Source: Octopus vulgaris | Taxonomy: Eukaryota | Reading direction: 5' to 3' | Assembly: GCA_951406725.2 (NCBI GenBank) | Contig: OX597815.1 | Coordinates: 139,252,001-139,316,000 of the forward strand | DNA length: 64,000 nucleotides | Shown: one piece after another, positions 13,790 through 28,110 of the stretch | How the letters are laid out: each line of letters begins with the position of its first letter | Numbering within the stretch: position 1 is the first letter of the stretch | Translations under genes and position numbers: made by a program | The notes under the pieces: model-generated | Seen by the model: only the letters and a program-made list of their open reading frames with translations | What the model was told of the DNA's origin: nothing | Database searches by the model: none

Positions 13790-15250
13790 TTGTGCACATA
13801 TAAAATGATAATAATGATAAAAGCGTTATAAAAATTGTGCGTAATTTCAGCAAGGATATAAGTATAGGCATGAGATTGGAAAAATACGTCAAAGTAACAT
13901 TAACAAGACGCAAATAAATCAGTAATGAAAACACTGCACTAGGCATAGACAACGAAATCAGAGAATTAGACGAAAATCGCACATAGATATAGACGAAATA
14001 GCTAAAATACAACATACAGAATTGAGAGAAAATTAGGAGAGAATATTACAGGGGTGGGTGTTTGGGCCAATAGGAAACACTGAACTAAATGCCAAGTAGA
14101 TAATTGAGATAAACATACCAGCAATACCAGTCACAAACTACAACTTCAATACAATAAACTGAGAGATTAATGAATTGTGAAACTTAGAATCACCAGAAGA
14201 CTATTAACAGCATACCGAAGTCACCATCCCAAAGCAGACACGGACAAAATATATTAACCCCATTTAGAAGTATTCTAAAATTAAAAAAAACAGTTCAACT
14301 AGAAAACTACTCAGAAACAAAATGTTGACGTCTAACTTGTAATAAAGAAACACGAAAAAAGAAACGTTTTTCATTATACTCAAGGAAGCAACAAAATACA
14401 AAACAGAACAAACTACACTGAAACACTGATCTAAGGATACGACAAAAATTATCAACGAAAGAGACAAAAAGCAACATGAAAACAGAACTCCAGAACTTGC
14501 TAAAGAAGAAATAGAGAGAAGAATTACTTCATAGCCAATACCCTGCAAGGCTTGACAGAGAAGAATAAGCCTAAATAAAAACCAACAATGGCTCAAACGC
14601 TCTGAACTAAAAGCAGAAACAGAACTGACTTTCGCTGCACAGGAACAATGTCCGACCACAAACAACTACAGCGGTAAAACAATGAAAACAGATCCAAATG
14701 CCATAAGCACAATGTAATGTACAGCCAGCTCAATGAGACAGTTGGCCACATCATCTCTGGCTTTCTGCTCCTAGCCAAATCTGAATATATCAACAGACAT
14801 GACCGAGTAAGTAGTTATATCCACTGGGAAATATACCAATACTACAACATAAATACAAACAAGAAATGTTCCATACATGTACCAAACAATGACCACATCA
14901 CAACCATCTAGGAATACCTGTTCAAACTTACAAAGAACTCAAAGGTAAATGCCCAGACATAATCAACAGGTATTGAAAAAGGATGCTTGTAGTTTCTTCT
15001 GACCAAAATATTGTCCAAAAAGAAGCAGAAAAATTGTTTAAATACAAAGATCTCGAAATTGGAGTATTCAAGTTGTGGGACATGAAGGTAAAACAATATC
15101 AATTATAATTGGGGCATTGGTTATGATTGATAAAAACGTATAAGCTAAAACATAGAAGCTATACTTGGACCCTCAACACTACACTCTATCCCAAAAATAG
15201 CCTTACAAGAAGCAGCCAACATCCTACGCAAGATACTATCAATTAAATAG
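13790..15250 (+). mobile_element. Second, longer R4/Dong-clade LINE relic (RT C-terminus, zinc knuckle, endonuclease)
   Basis: VRNFSKDI..LEKYVKVTL, HHPKADTDKIY, LKAETELTFAAQEQ, ETVGHIISG..LAKSEYINRHDRV..IHWEI, KYKDLEI, AANILRKILSIK*. Many stops and frameshifts. Confidence 0.88.
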
Positions 15251-17739
15251 TACAACACTAATAAAATAATCCACAAATCCAAGACACAAGACACACGACA
15301 CACTATACAATAAATATCCTATAAGATAAACAACACCAGCAACATGTATTGTACAGGTAGGATACCCAACTGAAAAACATAGCTTGTATTGCACACACAA
15401 CACAATATAAACACTAGTACAACAAACGACCCAAGCTAAAGCCCATAACAAACCAAGCTGATGCAATATACACCGGGTAAAGATGGTATTTCCCCAACAT
15501 AAAAAAAATCAAGAACATACAATGCTGCACATGCCTCAGTAATACGGATGTATAGCAGGTTATGTTATAGAACATTTTCCTGATACTATCAAACAACAAA
15601 AGAAAAAAAGGGGCGATAGTTGTAATTGACCAAAAACTGAATAGTGTTCCTTAGATAACTAGGGCATAAATAACTGTATCCTGCACCACACAACAAAAGC
15701 GAAGATAAAAATGAGAAAGCGGTAATAGTTTAATTGTATTAAGAAAAAATAATTAAGAAAGAAATGCTTTGCGCTAGAACATCTAGCACAGAGATGGTAA
15801 GATTGTGTATGCAGATGAGTTTATGTTTTACGGAGAAATATCATATCATAAACCATTCTATATCCATAATGAAGAGAAAGATATAGAATTAACTTGCGTG
15901 GTAGACACAATCTTTTCAATGCAACAGACAAAGCTTCAATGATCTTACACAATACATGACAAGCCACCATGTTTTCCCTTGCCATAAAAACTACGAAACA
16001 AATCTAGCAGATGATTGTTACGTGTAAATTGATGAATGTTAGTGAAAAACCATAGTACTGGATTAATTCATTGGTATTAACTTTGTGTGGGCAAGCACAC
16101 ATCCATGTATAAGTGTGGATATGAGGCCGTGTGTCTTTGCTTATCTATTACTCAGAAGGAAAGGCAATGACCATCTCACTTCACAGTGTCTACGTGAATA
16201 CAGGGAAGGAAGAAATGTATCTTTAAATCGGAAGCATTCTCCGAATAATTGTTACAGGATGAACACTGCTGAACACATTCAAAGGGTCAGGTGAATAAAC
16301 TGAGCAGCAGTTGTATGTGTGTATCATTAAGAAAAAGAAGAACCGGTAGGTCGAAAATATATATATTTGGTAGCATACTGTACTACTTTCTAAAGTTGCC
16401 TTCGTTTGCGCCCGCACCAACTTTGCCGTTTTACCTCGGTACCAGCTTTATTTGAAAGACTAACCCTAGTATAGCTGCAAATAAAGATTTCTAACTAACC
16501 AGACATGTATTGGCTATTCTGCAATTAAATTTCATATTTCGGTGTATCACAACTAATACAATGACTATTTATAGTCTAAGCGGTTTGCTCATTAATAATA
16601 TGCTTTGGGGAACGATTCCATTATCCTTATCAATAAATAGTGTGTGAGATTACATAAAATACTTGAATATATAATGTTCTAAATAATACGTTTCGGATTA
16701 TAAATTCAATAAAAATTATTCATTAAAATATTTAAGTACACGGTTTCGAAATATATTATGCGAAGTGAATTTTCTATTTATGGTTGGAACCATCTCACCC
16801 GATATGTCACTAATGCTTTGGGGAAATGCTAGAATTTCTCAATTTCCATATATCAATACCTTGAAGTCAATAGGGCTAATCATCTAATCACTAATTAACG
16901 AAAGTTAAACAGAAAATGCAGACGTTCGATGATTAACTCACACGTGCTTCAGATAATTAAGTATCAGTTGATTAAAATATAATGAATAAATTAGAGTAAC
17001 TTATTAATAGGTTTAAACTGTTCAGCTTATTGTGATATACTGTCATGTCTTAGGTGCTTATAAAATTAACACGCGTATCTCTGAACGTGCTTGCGAACGT
17101 GTGAAAATGTGTATTTATTTATTTGTACGTGTATGGTTACTGTACGGAGATGTCTAAAAGCACTTAGCATACACTGGTATTTAAACGAAATCGATATTCG
17201 TCTAAAAAATCGATATATATGGGGTTAATGCCACAACAGAAAATATACTTTGCTAGTGATCGACGGTGTCGTTTCTCTCTTGCTAGTAATCGATTGAATA
17301 TATTTATATGTAAAGCCCCTTGAGACAGGCATGAAAGTTACAACATCACACAATATATATCCAATGCAATCTGCAAAATTATCAGTATAAACTCATACAT
17401 ACATGTATACACACACACGCATATCCAATTATGTATTTGTTTTCATACACTTACATATGCATCTTATTGATATTCCTGCATATTTATAGGTTATATCATA
17501 TATCTTATACAATATGTCTATATATTCATATTGCATTATAAATGTGCGTGTGTGTTTACATAAATCGGTATGTGTGGGTATGTATTGATCAAGCTGACTA
17601 TCTGTTAGTAGCTATGTTTTCATTAAAGCACTTCATCAAATAATGAGTACTGTATCGATTACCTCGGATATTTTACGCTCTGTTTAGATGTGTGATATTG
17701 TAGATAAGCGTATATGTGTGAGTGTGTTTGTCTCTGTGT

Positions 17740-17911
17740 GTGCGTGCATGTATATATATATATACATGCATATATATATATATATATATAATATTATATG
17801 TATATTATATACATACATATACGCATGCATACAAGTATGCTTCTACCTGTATACATATACAAGCATATATATGCATATATGTGTGTGTAGTTATATATAT
17901 ATATATATATA

Positions 17912-17973
<62 letters not shown>

Positions 17974-18072
17974 TATATTCATATATACAAATATATATTT
18001 ATACATTGGCATTACATCGTTAATTGAAAACATTGCGCGTGTGTGCGTGTATGCCAGTGTGTGTGTGCATGC

Positions 18073-18106
<34 letters not shown>
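17740..18106. repeat. Compound microsatellite (TA/TG)
   Basis: Directly visible. Confidence 0.9.
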
Positions 18107-18108
<2 letters not shown>

Positions 18109-19412
18109 CATATTTTATGTGCATATGTAAATCTGTATTAATAAAATTGGCATTTATGAAGCGGAAAACAGGCAGGAGATAACAGATGCAACGACTTCAG
18201 TACAACTGATGAGTGGATGTGGAAGAGTGTTTTTGATTAGAAATATACTGAAACTGACTAGCCTTTGGTTGTTACTTTGAAATGGCCACATCTGTCTTTG
18301 TTGTATCACATCTGAGAAAATATAAAGTAAAACAAAGAAGTATTGCAGAGAACATAAAATACATAGTAAAATTAGTTTTATTCCGAAGTAAACTATCTAT
18401 TGGGATCTTTTAAGCTAATATAATTAGTTTGAAAAGTATAAACACTTCAAATGTTTTGGTCAGTGGGGAAATATTAAATAGCTTCCGATTAATACCTAAT
18501 AAACTTACATTCTAATGATAAGTCAATAAAAAAATCTGTAATAGCTTGTAGCAACTTGATGGGTTTTAAATTCTGAATTGATAGATAATTGATAGTTAAT
18601 AAACGATTTCTGAGGAAATTGGTTTCCGTTAATAGCCAATAAGAGCCACGTGCTAAACTATGTTTGAGAGTGTTAATAAAAAGGAAATGATTTTACTTAT
18701 GAGTTAAATATCGTTTGATAAATACCAGATATAGCAGACCAATGAATCTTTTAAAATACCTATCATAAAATTTATTAGTTTAATAAAAGCCACAAACGAG
18801 TGATGTCATTTCCGTTAGGCTACTGAACTATTTATTAGTAGAGTTTTGCAATCACGGTGGAGAAGTTGAAAAAAAATGTACACTTGTTGATAACCATCGA
18901 AGGAAGATTGAGTTCAAACCGTGAAAAGAACAAATAACCAGGAGATCAACACAATAATCTTTCGAGCGTACACATGGCCAGTGAATTATAAATAATTTTT
19001 TTCGATCAGATGTTCTTATGCACTTTATAAATCTGTTCAATGATGCAGTGTACGTTAAATTTAATGGAATGAAAAGAACTTTACTTAAAACGGATTTTGA
19101 AGAAAGATGTACATATATCGATTTCTGTCTTAAGCACAGTTCTACATATTTTTGAGAAAGAGGAAAACCGATTATAACTATTCAGCAGTTGATTTACTGG
19201 TAGGTATTATATCAATCAAGGAAGAATAAAATCAAAAGTTGACATCGGTGTGATTTGAAATCAGAAAGTAAATTGCTGTAGCTTAATAACATGCTGTAAT
19301 TTTGTCCGAATCTGTAGTGATTTAGCCTGTTCACAACCCTCAGGGATTTAATATTCAAACCTATTTCCAATATTGTAAAGTATCGTGGGATAAGGAGAAA
19401 TCCATTTCTATA

Positions 19413-19775
19413 TAGGACAGCGGACTCGCGGTCATAGGATCGCGGTTTCGATTCCCAGACCGGGCGTTGTGAGTGTTTATTGAGCGAAAACACCTAAAGC
19501 TCTACGAGGCTCCGGCAGGGGATGGTCGTGATCCCTGCTGTACTCTTTCACCACAACTTTCTCTCACTCTTACCTCCTGTTTCTGTTGTACCTGCATTTC
19601 AAAGGGCCGGCCTTGTCACTCTCTGTGTCACGCTTAATATCCCCGAGAACTACGTTATGGGTACACGTGTCTGTGGAGTGCTCAGCCACTTACACGTTAA
19701 TTTCACGAGCAGGCTGTTCCATTGATTCGGATCAACCGGAACCCTCATCGTCGTAACCGACGGAGTGCTTCAACA
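19413..19775 (+). mobile_element. tRNA-derived SINE (octopus OK-like), slightly 5'-truncated
   Basis: tRNA-like head with a B box (GGTTTCGATTCCC), a GC-richer body and a 3' end ACCGACGGAGTGCTTCAAC. Older relatives lie at ~30500-30675 (+) and ~55745-55920 (-). The family name is from memory and unverified. Confidence 0.8.
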
Positions 19776-20469
19776 TATTAAAATCTAATTTTTCAATTTT
19801 ATTTTTAAAGTTTGTGAAGTGTAATCCCTGCTGTCGTCAACGTAACTAGAACCTCCCCCCACTAGTCCTGGTATGAGAAGAATAAATAAAGAAAAATAAA
19901 TGTTTGTAGAAATATGTATACACAATAAACAATAAGGAAGGTTCTCATATATTCCAGGGCGATACAGTAAACTGTTCGATATTCCCAAACTTCTGCTGGT
20001 AAAAATAAATGACTTTGGGATGTGGAGAATTTGTTTGGTCTGAATTTAGGGTTAGTAGAAAAGACTTGCAACGTTAAAAAAAATATTGTGTGAGATTAAA
20101 TATTCTACCTAAACATCATTGTCAATTTCTTTAGCTCCGCTTTTTATATAGTTACAAGTAGTGATACTATAGTTTTGCAAACGCTGCAAATATTACATAA
20201 TATAGTTATGTGTATTTAGTCCAATATAATGACTTTTCATCATGTCTAAAGAAACGTGATTATTTTTTTTTTTGTTTTTGGTCTTTCTTACAGAGCAATT
20301 TTTATATATTTTACGGAATTTGAAACATTCTACTGAATTGAAGATGTCTGTTCCAAACACTTATGGGACTTTGTTGGAAAGATTTTCCTTCTTCAAAAAT
20401 AAAACCTATCAATATCTATAAAGCTGAAATGCGAAAAGGTTGTTTGATTTCTTGGTTATTTGTCTCATT

Positions 20470-20704
20470 TTGGGATGGGAACGGTAGATGGGGTCGGATT
20501 GGCGCCAAAATTTACACTGGGGTGGGTGGGGGTAAAATGGGGTGGGCAATGGTGTGAGGCGGTTTGCAAGTCGCTCGGGGCTATCGTTTAGTTGCCATGG
20601 TGAGGAACATGGTAAAGGCAAAGAAGACGAACAAAAGAAGAAAGGGAAAAGGAGACAACACGCACAAAACAACACCACACCAAAGCATGGGTCAAAATAG
20701 CTAG
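20470..20704. promoter_or_regulatory. Candidate promoter/enhancer island (CCAAT/E2F, GT-box/G4, RFX-like motifs)
   Basis: GC-rich patch not recognisable as a repeat: ATTGGCGCCAAAA (20498-20510), GGGGTGGGTGGGGG..GGGGTGGG (20519-20547), GTTGCCATGGTGAG (20591-20604). Motif evidence only. Confidence 0.3.
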
Positions 20705-21104
20705 TCTTCTGTATATATTCCAAAAATGCTTTGCCCAAGAAGAAAGTTCGTCATCTCATTCTTTTAAACATTTTATATTCGTCAATTAAATATTCAGCTA
20801 ATATTTTTTTCTGGAATGCAGACATTTTGAGTAAAATATCCACCGAGTAATATAAGGCAATTATGCAGAGTTATCCACTCAACCTCGTTCGGCATTGTTA
20901 ATGAACATAAACTAGATTGAATTAAGCCTAAATTATAAAGAAATAATTTCTCTTACATCGTGTAGTGAGTGGTATTTAAAAAAAACAATACTGCAGTGTA
21001 TCCAGTATACTATCTTTAAAGTTTACTCTTTCTAAACTACCTACATTCTCAAAGCCTTATCTTGTGCTAACAGTGTCGTAATTATTTCGATAAATCATGG
21101 ATAT

Positions 21105-21339
21105 TCTTTTATTCTCTTATTCATTTACTGGTTTCAGTCATTTGGCTGCGGCCATGCTGGAGTACCCCAGGATTTATTCTTTGTAAGCTTAGTACTTATT
21201 CTATCGGTCTCTTTTACCGAACCGCTAAGTTACGAGGACGTAAACACACCAGCATCCGTTGTCAAGCGATGGTGGCGGGTACAAACACCACACACAGATA
21301 CAGCCACACACATGCATACATATATATATATATATATAT

Positions 21340-21376
<37 letters not shown>

Positions 21377-21538
21377 CGAGTTTCTTTCAGTTTCCTTCTA
21401 CCAAATCCACTCATAAGGCTATGGTCGGCCTGAGGCTATAAGTGGAAGACACTTACCCAAGGAATCACGCAGTGGGACTGAACCCGGAACTATGTGGTTG
21501 GGAAGCAAGCTTCTTGCCACACAGTCACACCAGCGCCT
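21105..21538 (-). mobile_element. Near full-length tRNA-derived SINE with internal (CA)/(TA) microsatellite
   Basis: Minus-strand head AGGCGCTGGTGTGACTGTGTGGCAAG..CCGGGTTCAGTCCCA (A/B boxes), then a CCTTGGGTAAGTG core-like segment and a tail ATGACTGAAACCAGTAAATGAATAAGAGAAT. Confidence 0.88.
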
Positions 21539-22603
21539 ATATATTATAACATATTTGCAAAAACTCAATTATGGCAAACTGTATTTGATGAAAATCTTTT
21601 GCAAACTCATCTAATCATTTCAACTCTTAAAACGTCTGGAACAATAATACAGTTTCTTCTCTTACTATTTGCATTGCTCTGAATAATTGCCATTTTAATG
21701 AGTATTGCTTACTGAAACCACTAGTATATTCTGCTAATGTGTAAATTAGTCAACGATAGTATGACAACAATTCATGTTCAATTCAGAGAGAATTCTTTTA
21801 AAGCACTTTTTATGAACAACTTTATTCATTAAAGTTACTCAGCAAGCATATCTAGTGTTGAGAAATTTCCGATGGCATTTTTAGAAAATGTTTAAAGAAG
21901 TCTGATACCTTTTAAAATCCAATGTAAAATCGTAGAATATTTTTCATACTTATCAGATAGCTTTCGTTTAAAATTTTAAAGTTAAATCAATAGTGGAATG
22001 TCATTTATTTGTTTCAAGGCATTCGTCGTTTCACAACACTGATGTATTTAATCTACCAAATTCATACAGTCAAATGAATATCAATGATTACTTTCAAGGA
22101 TATTCCGAGCGTGCATATTATCGATTCCATTTTTGAAACCATAATTCTAAGTGACTTTGGGATATGTCTTTTCATACTTAGATTGGATTGTATACACGCA
22201 TGGCAGTTACATTTTTCAAATTTTCACGCATGTATACATAATGTTTCTTATCTTTTCATATTTTGCCATGCACATATATTTCTACCACTTTGTATAACCT
22301 TTTTCTTTAATTCTTTTAAATATAAATTCATCTTTTCAATGATATCGACAAGTTATATCTTTTTCAGCTATTTAACAAAACGGTGCGTAATATGATATTC
22401 AAGCATATATAACAATATGGCTATTATTTTCTATTTTCATGTTCCATCTTTAGTCGCCGCCCCAAAATTTGAACCGAGAATCTCCAAGTAACGATTCGTG
22501 AAGTTTCTGCTTCCAATGAATCATACTTCTCCACTTTTTGTTTTATGCTGTTTCGTTTGTCTCTCTCTATATAATTCATATATAAGTATTTACATCCCTT
22601 CTT

Positions 22604-22660
<57 letters not shown>

Positions 22661-22724
22661 AGTAGGTATGCATAGACACACAAATATATACACCCACATA
22701 CATGTATGAATATGTGTGAGTGCA

Positions 22725-22763
<39 letters not shown>

Positions 22764-23689
22764 ACACATTTTGACATACATGAAATGTAATCCATCTTTA
22801 GATTTATTTAAAAGACGTAATTCAAATTCCTATTTCAATACATTTTAATGGAACTCTATATTCTATTTTTTTAAAACTTTCCATGATTATTCTTTTTGAA
22901 ATATGAACTCCATGCTATACATATATAAATATATTTAAAAGAAGACATCAGGTTGGGTGAATAGCGAATAGTGTCGATTATAGAAATAGAATTTCAAGTA
23001 TTTTCACCACGATATTATTTTTCCGTACATATTGTAGACATTTTTCGCATGAACTATTACCGATATTTCTCTCTAAATATTTACTATATATCGATTCACT
23101 GCTAAAATCATTGATATTTGAATGAGATTTGGCTGCAAATCCTTGCAAATGTTTTTAGAAGAATTAGTCATATCATGTGATGTGTTATAGTAAATCGAGC
23201 TGCGGCTTTTTATAGTCAAGCGGGAGTTCCTTGCATGCTAAACATAAAAATACCTAATTGAGTTATAGTATTTCTAGCGATTAGATTAATTTCATGGTTG
23301 TAATTTTGTCTATGAATATTGACATCAATATGGCACAGGACTTTATCAACAAAGGAATTGAAGTCAATTTCATTTAGTTTCTGTTGGTTTAGCTACTTGG
23401 TGCCAATGTTTGTCTAGAACTAAAATGATATGTGGCATGCAATCTAGTACAACATTAAATCTCCATCAAATATCATGAGAAATAGAAATAAATATAAGTA
23501 AATTTTAGTCACGCTGAAGTGGAACACATATGTCTTAATAGATTTGCAAGACACCAATACAATATTTTCTGGTTTTACTGGCTGACTAGTCACCAAATCA
23601 AGCAGGACTGTAGCTGAAATGTAGTCATTTTAATGTTTAATTTTATTTGTCACACTGTTCTGCTTTCTTTTTACAATGGTTTCTACCAT

Positions 23690-24385
23690 GAAGAATTGCA
23701 CCAAGTTACCCACCTATCCAAAACAATACGTACGTCACCTTTACCTAAAACAATTTGTAAAGCTTTTCTGTCCAAAGAAACTACGTACTACCTATTTCTC
23801 AACTAAATTGTGTACCACCTCTAGCCTAACCAACCTGTCTATCACATCTTTCTCAATCAACAATATGTATGCCACCAATCTACAAAACACGTCGAGTACT
23901 ACCTTTTCAAACTAACCCTATGGCTCGTATCTATACAAACCAAACTCTGCATCATCCCTGTAAAAACAAACCTGTGTATCAGCTCAGTCCAAACCAACTT
24001 GTCTGTCATTTCTGTGCAAAGCAATATGTGTATTGCTTCTAAACAAATCAACTGTGTCCCACCACTGTAAAAGCCATCTGGTGCACTATCACTGTTCAAA
24101 CAAATCTGTCTACATCCTCTGCGCAAATCACCCTATTTGCCACCACTATCTCCCATTTACATTTTTTCAAACGCGTCTGTGTACCAAATTCTATCCAAAC
24201 CAACCTGTCAACTACCACCGAGCACACCAGCCAGTGTACCGTAACTGTATCAACCGGCTTACCACCTCTTTCCAAATCATCCTCAATAAAATTTCTCTGC
24301 AAATCAATACTTTATCCAAAACAACAAATGTACCCCCTCTCTCCAAACTTATCTGTATACCACCCTAGTCAAAACCAACCTTTTT
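23690..24385. repeat. Degenerate 27-bp tandem repeat (about 25 units)
   Basis: Units align at a 27-nt period, e.g. CAAACCAAACTCTGCATCATCCCTGTA / AAAACAAACCTGTGTATCAGCTCAGTC / CAAACCAACTTGTCTGTCATTTCTGTG. Confidence 0.8.
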
Positions 24386-24890
24386 AGATAATTACCAAGT
24401 ATAAGATATTCAAATGCGCTCAATTTGATGAGATATACATTAGTGATGCTATTCGAAAGTTATCTTATCCTCAGAGAACAAGTTTGCTTATAAAATACCC
24501 CTCGAAGAAAAAGTATGGTAGTGCAGATCGAATAATTCAATCAATTGTTAACTTCAAAAGCTTTCTGCTTCAGAAATAAATAAATGGTTCTTGTGAATGA
24601 GAATGAATGAAGAAACTGAGAATGAATCTCACGAAATAAATATATATATGTTTATAAGAAAATCTAACACATTTTCTTTCTTTTGCATCGTTGAATCTGG
24701 AAGGGAAGGATGGCATCCATTATTGTTTATTTTTTCAAGGAGATCAAGACTAGTGGAAAGAATGGAGAGAATTATCTTCGAACCCGAAACCTGATCAAGA
24801 TACTTGCAACCGTGTAAAGTTCACGGAAGCCATTGAGGTTTGAGGAGGCAGTACGAAGCCGGCCGATATATTTTCCAGTACGACGAAAAT

Positions 24891-24928
24891 CACAGACAGT
24901 TTTGCTCTCATTGAAACTCATCATGTAT
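24891..24928 (-). ncRNA. Degenerate hammerhead ribozyme relic (PLE terminal repeat)
   Basis: Minus strand ATGATGA-GTTTC-AATGA-GAGC-AAAAC-T-GTC resembles CTGATGA-stem II-GAAAC..GTC with a mutated core. Confidence 0.4.
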
Positions 24929-27109
24929 TCAACTTTGTTTTGATCAATTGACGAAGATTTTTAATGAGAAGAAAAGGTTTATAAAGAGCTTGTCATTAGT
25001 GATTACCGAAATTAAAAATGAATAAATAGCGAAGAGAAATAAGTCGATTGAACAAATAATACGGTGTATCCAAGCTCCAGGCACCGTAAAAACAACTCTG
25101 CCCAGTACTTCCCCGCTACAAAATTATCCCTCTGCAATTCTCTCCCTACATTTGTCTTTCTCGCTTGTCGACACACAATACTTAAAGTGAAACGTTAACG
25201 CTACCAGTCACCTGCTGTCTAGGAGGACCTACATAAGGTATGACTACCTTCCATTCCTCTAGAGATAGCAAATAAAAAATGTGACACTGCTTATACTTTT
25301 CAGTTAAAACTATTAAGTGTGTTTTGACGGTAAATGCACAGCAGTTTATTTTTTAATATATGTGTACTATGGAAATTCTGAAAAAGTCAATGTATTAAGT
25401 TTCTATTATATTCAGTCCTTTATTCGACAAGTGCTGCCAGATACAACTAAACAGCAGCTAATAACTTCAACTCTTCACGTAATTTATTCACTTCGATAGG
25501 AATATACTGAACTGGCTGCGTATAAAGGTTCTTCTATCAGCTATAGTTCCATTCCATGTCTGAAATAATCACGTTCGATAACAGCAGCAGAACCACTCTT
25601 AATGTATTCGATGTATAGGTAGGAGCATCAGCCTGAGAAAGATATGTTGAACAACATAAATATATTACGATCGATCATGCATTCAAGAATTTCTTTGTAC
25701 TCACTCGCTACCTTCGAATGTGATGCCTTAATTGCTTACTTAACTGAAGCAAAATAATGGCAGGTAGAAGCAGTATAATTAAGTTAGAAAATATAAAGGA
25801 AATATTCTGATGAGAAAAGTAATTTATTGCCAACACAGAATCGTTTGATATATTCTGAGTAAGAGAGAGGACAAATGGAAGATGGCGGTGAGGCTTCTGA
25901 TATGACAACACTGTATTAAAATATAGCACTTTAATATTTGGTTTGGAAATACATTCAATACAGATGATAGTATATGAGAGGAATGTCACAGGAATATTTA
26001 GAAAGTTAAACTTCCTTATAATCAAATATAAACTTACTCATACATATTTATGTCTATCCACACACGCATTTATTTATGTGTGCGTATATATATATATATA
26101 TATGAATATATGAATATATTTACATGTTAATTTATGTATGCATGTATTATATACACTTAAGCGTATATGTTTGTACTATATAGGTAAGTTCTATACGTAT
26201 GTGCGTAATATAGATATAAACAAGAATGAGCAACTTTCTGTCTGAATGTGAGCGAAGCTAATCATTGTAACTAAGTATGTATGCATTGTGTGTGTGCATT
26301 TTTATGTGTATGTGTGTGTGTGTGTGTGTTCGCTTGTCTGTGTGTGTTTGCTTGTCTGTTTGCGTGTCTGTGTCTGTGTTTGTGTAGGTCTGTATCTGTG
26401 TCTACGCCAACTTTTGTGTATATTCTTTTTCGACATCTGGATCAGAAGATTGAACAGCAGCTGATCTGGTCACAATGAAGACAAGTTTGCCAGCATCAGC
26501 ACAGAGGGTCATCTTAGCTAAAAAGAGAAAAAACAACAGATCACTTCACAAATAACACAAGCTAAGTTTGAAAAAAATCAGACAACTCTTACAAAGTTAT
26601 CCGGCACTGAACCAATAGCAATAACGCTCTACTTCTGCCATTCACACACGATCTAAATTTCATTCTTAATGTAAATATGATTCCCACATTTTTCTCTGAA
26701 CCTAGCATTTCAGAATTAACAGTGTGGTCCAAAGAAATATTTAGCTCAGCGCCTACGAAAGCATAATAACCCACTCCAAGCCAAATTTCCATAAGGCTCA
26801 ATGTACAACAATTGCAAAAGAAATTTGTAGGAAAACTGTTTTTACATCCTTTGCATGCAGAGCGATTACATAAAACATTATTTCATTAATAATGTAAGGT
26901 GTAAGTATTAACCAAAGTTCAATAAGTAAATTACTGGCTAGTGTTCAACGAAATACCATACCTACAGAGAGGAGAAATCTCTTGAAAAGAGGAAAATGAC
27001 TCAAGTGTTTAAAATGTTTAAATGGGATTTAATAAAGAAATAACTGCAAATTGTTGCTCAAAGGTATTGAAAATGAGATACAGAGAGAGATAGCAAGCTA
27101 ACTGCTAAG

Positions 27110-27119
27110 GTAGATAGAC

Positions 27120-27217
<98 letters not shown>
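27110..27217. repeat. (GATA)n microsatellite
   Basis: Directly visible. Confidence 0.97.
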
Positions 27218-27218
<1 letters not shown>

Positions 27219-27249
27219 CAGCCGGGGAGATGGAGGGAGACAGAGAGTA

Positions 27250-28110
27250 CAATTATGCAAACCTGATTTGCAGAAGTTATGAAACCAATCTCTGGTCCAC
27301 AAACATATATCTGAGCAGAATTATTCTGCACTACAACCTAATACAGAGAAGTTTCAACCATCAGCTACGAAAGAACACAAGAAATTGATGAAAATTTACC
27401 ATAGAATTAGCATAAATTCAGGAAGGTCTGTAAAGGCATCTCAATAATTCTTCTATTAACATATATATAACCCTTGTTAAATCATTTTATTTGTTTTCTC
27501 AAGACTTTTGTGAAAATGGTAAAGTCATCGAATACCGGAACTGAGACATATGTGCTATTTGCAGAGGAAGGTGCATAGATCTAAAACTTTATATGTCTTC
27601 ATATATATCAACCTATATAGCTGCAAAACCACATGAAGAATAACCCGGACGTAATTATTTTCCTAGAAGAAAATAATTGCTGATACCAATTTAGTTTTCT
27701 TTCAAGTAGAAGCTGTCTCGTAGTCACTGTAGCATTATGTCTAGATGCGATTTTACAGCGGCTACTCAACCAATCTGATTTTGTGCAAATGTTCCCATCG
27801 ATGTGATCACATGACAATACGCCGCAAACTTTGTAACCTCCGTAAAATTGGATTCTTAGAAGCAATTAAGTTGTTAAGACCACAGGTGTTAGCAGTGAAG
27901 AGTAAATTATTCACAGTGGGGTGCCACAAGAGGCTGTCTTTATTACATTGTTTGTAATAGCCGTATCAGATTTGTGCTCAGTTTTTAGCATAGTCACAAG
28001 CACAGACGCATTTATGCTATTAATACTATCGAAAGCAATAAAAAGTACACTCCCTGACAACTATATGTCTGCACAAAAGAAGAAAAGGGAGGTGACGTTG
28101 AACTTTCTCA
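27250..28110 (+). mobile_element. Decayed CR1/Jockey-type LINE RT fragment
   Basis: SGVPQEAVFITLFVIAVSDL (RT PQGS motif) is preceded by HRCDHMTIRRKLCNL (cf. FDRVDH..L..KL). Confidence 0.6.

Noticed and set aside
19413-19465. tRNA gene
   Set aside because: Only a partial tRNA-like head that runs into a SINE body; the same holds for 21460-21538.
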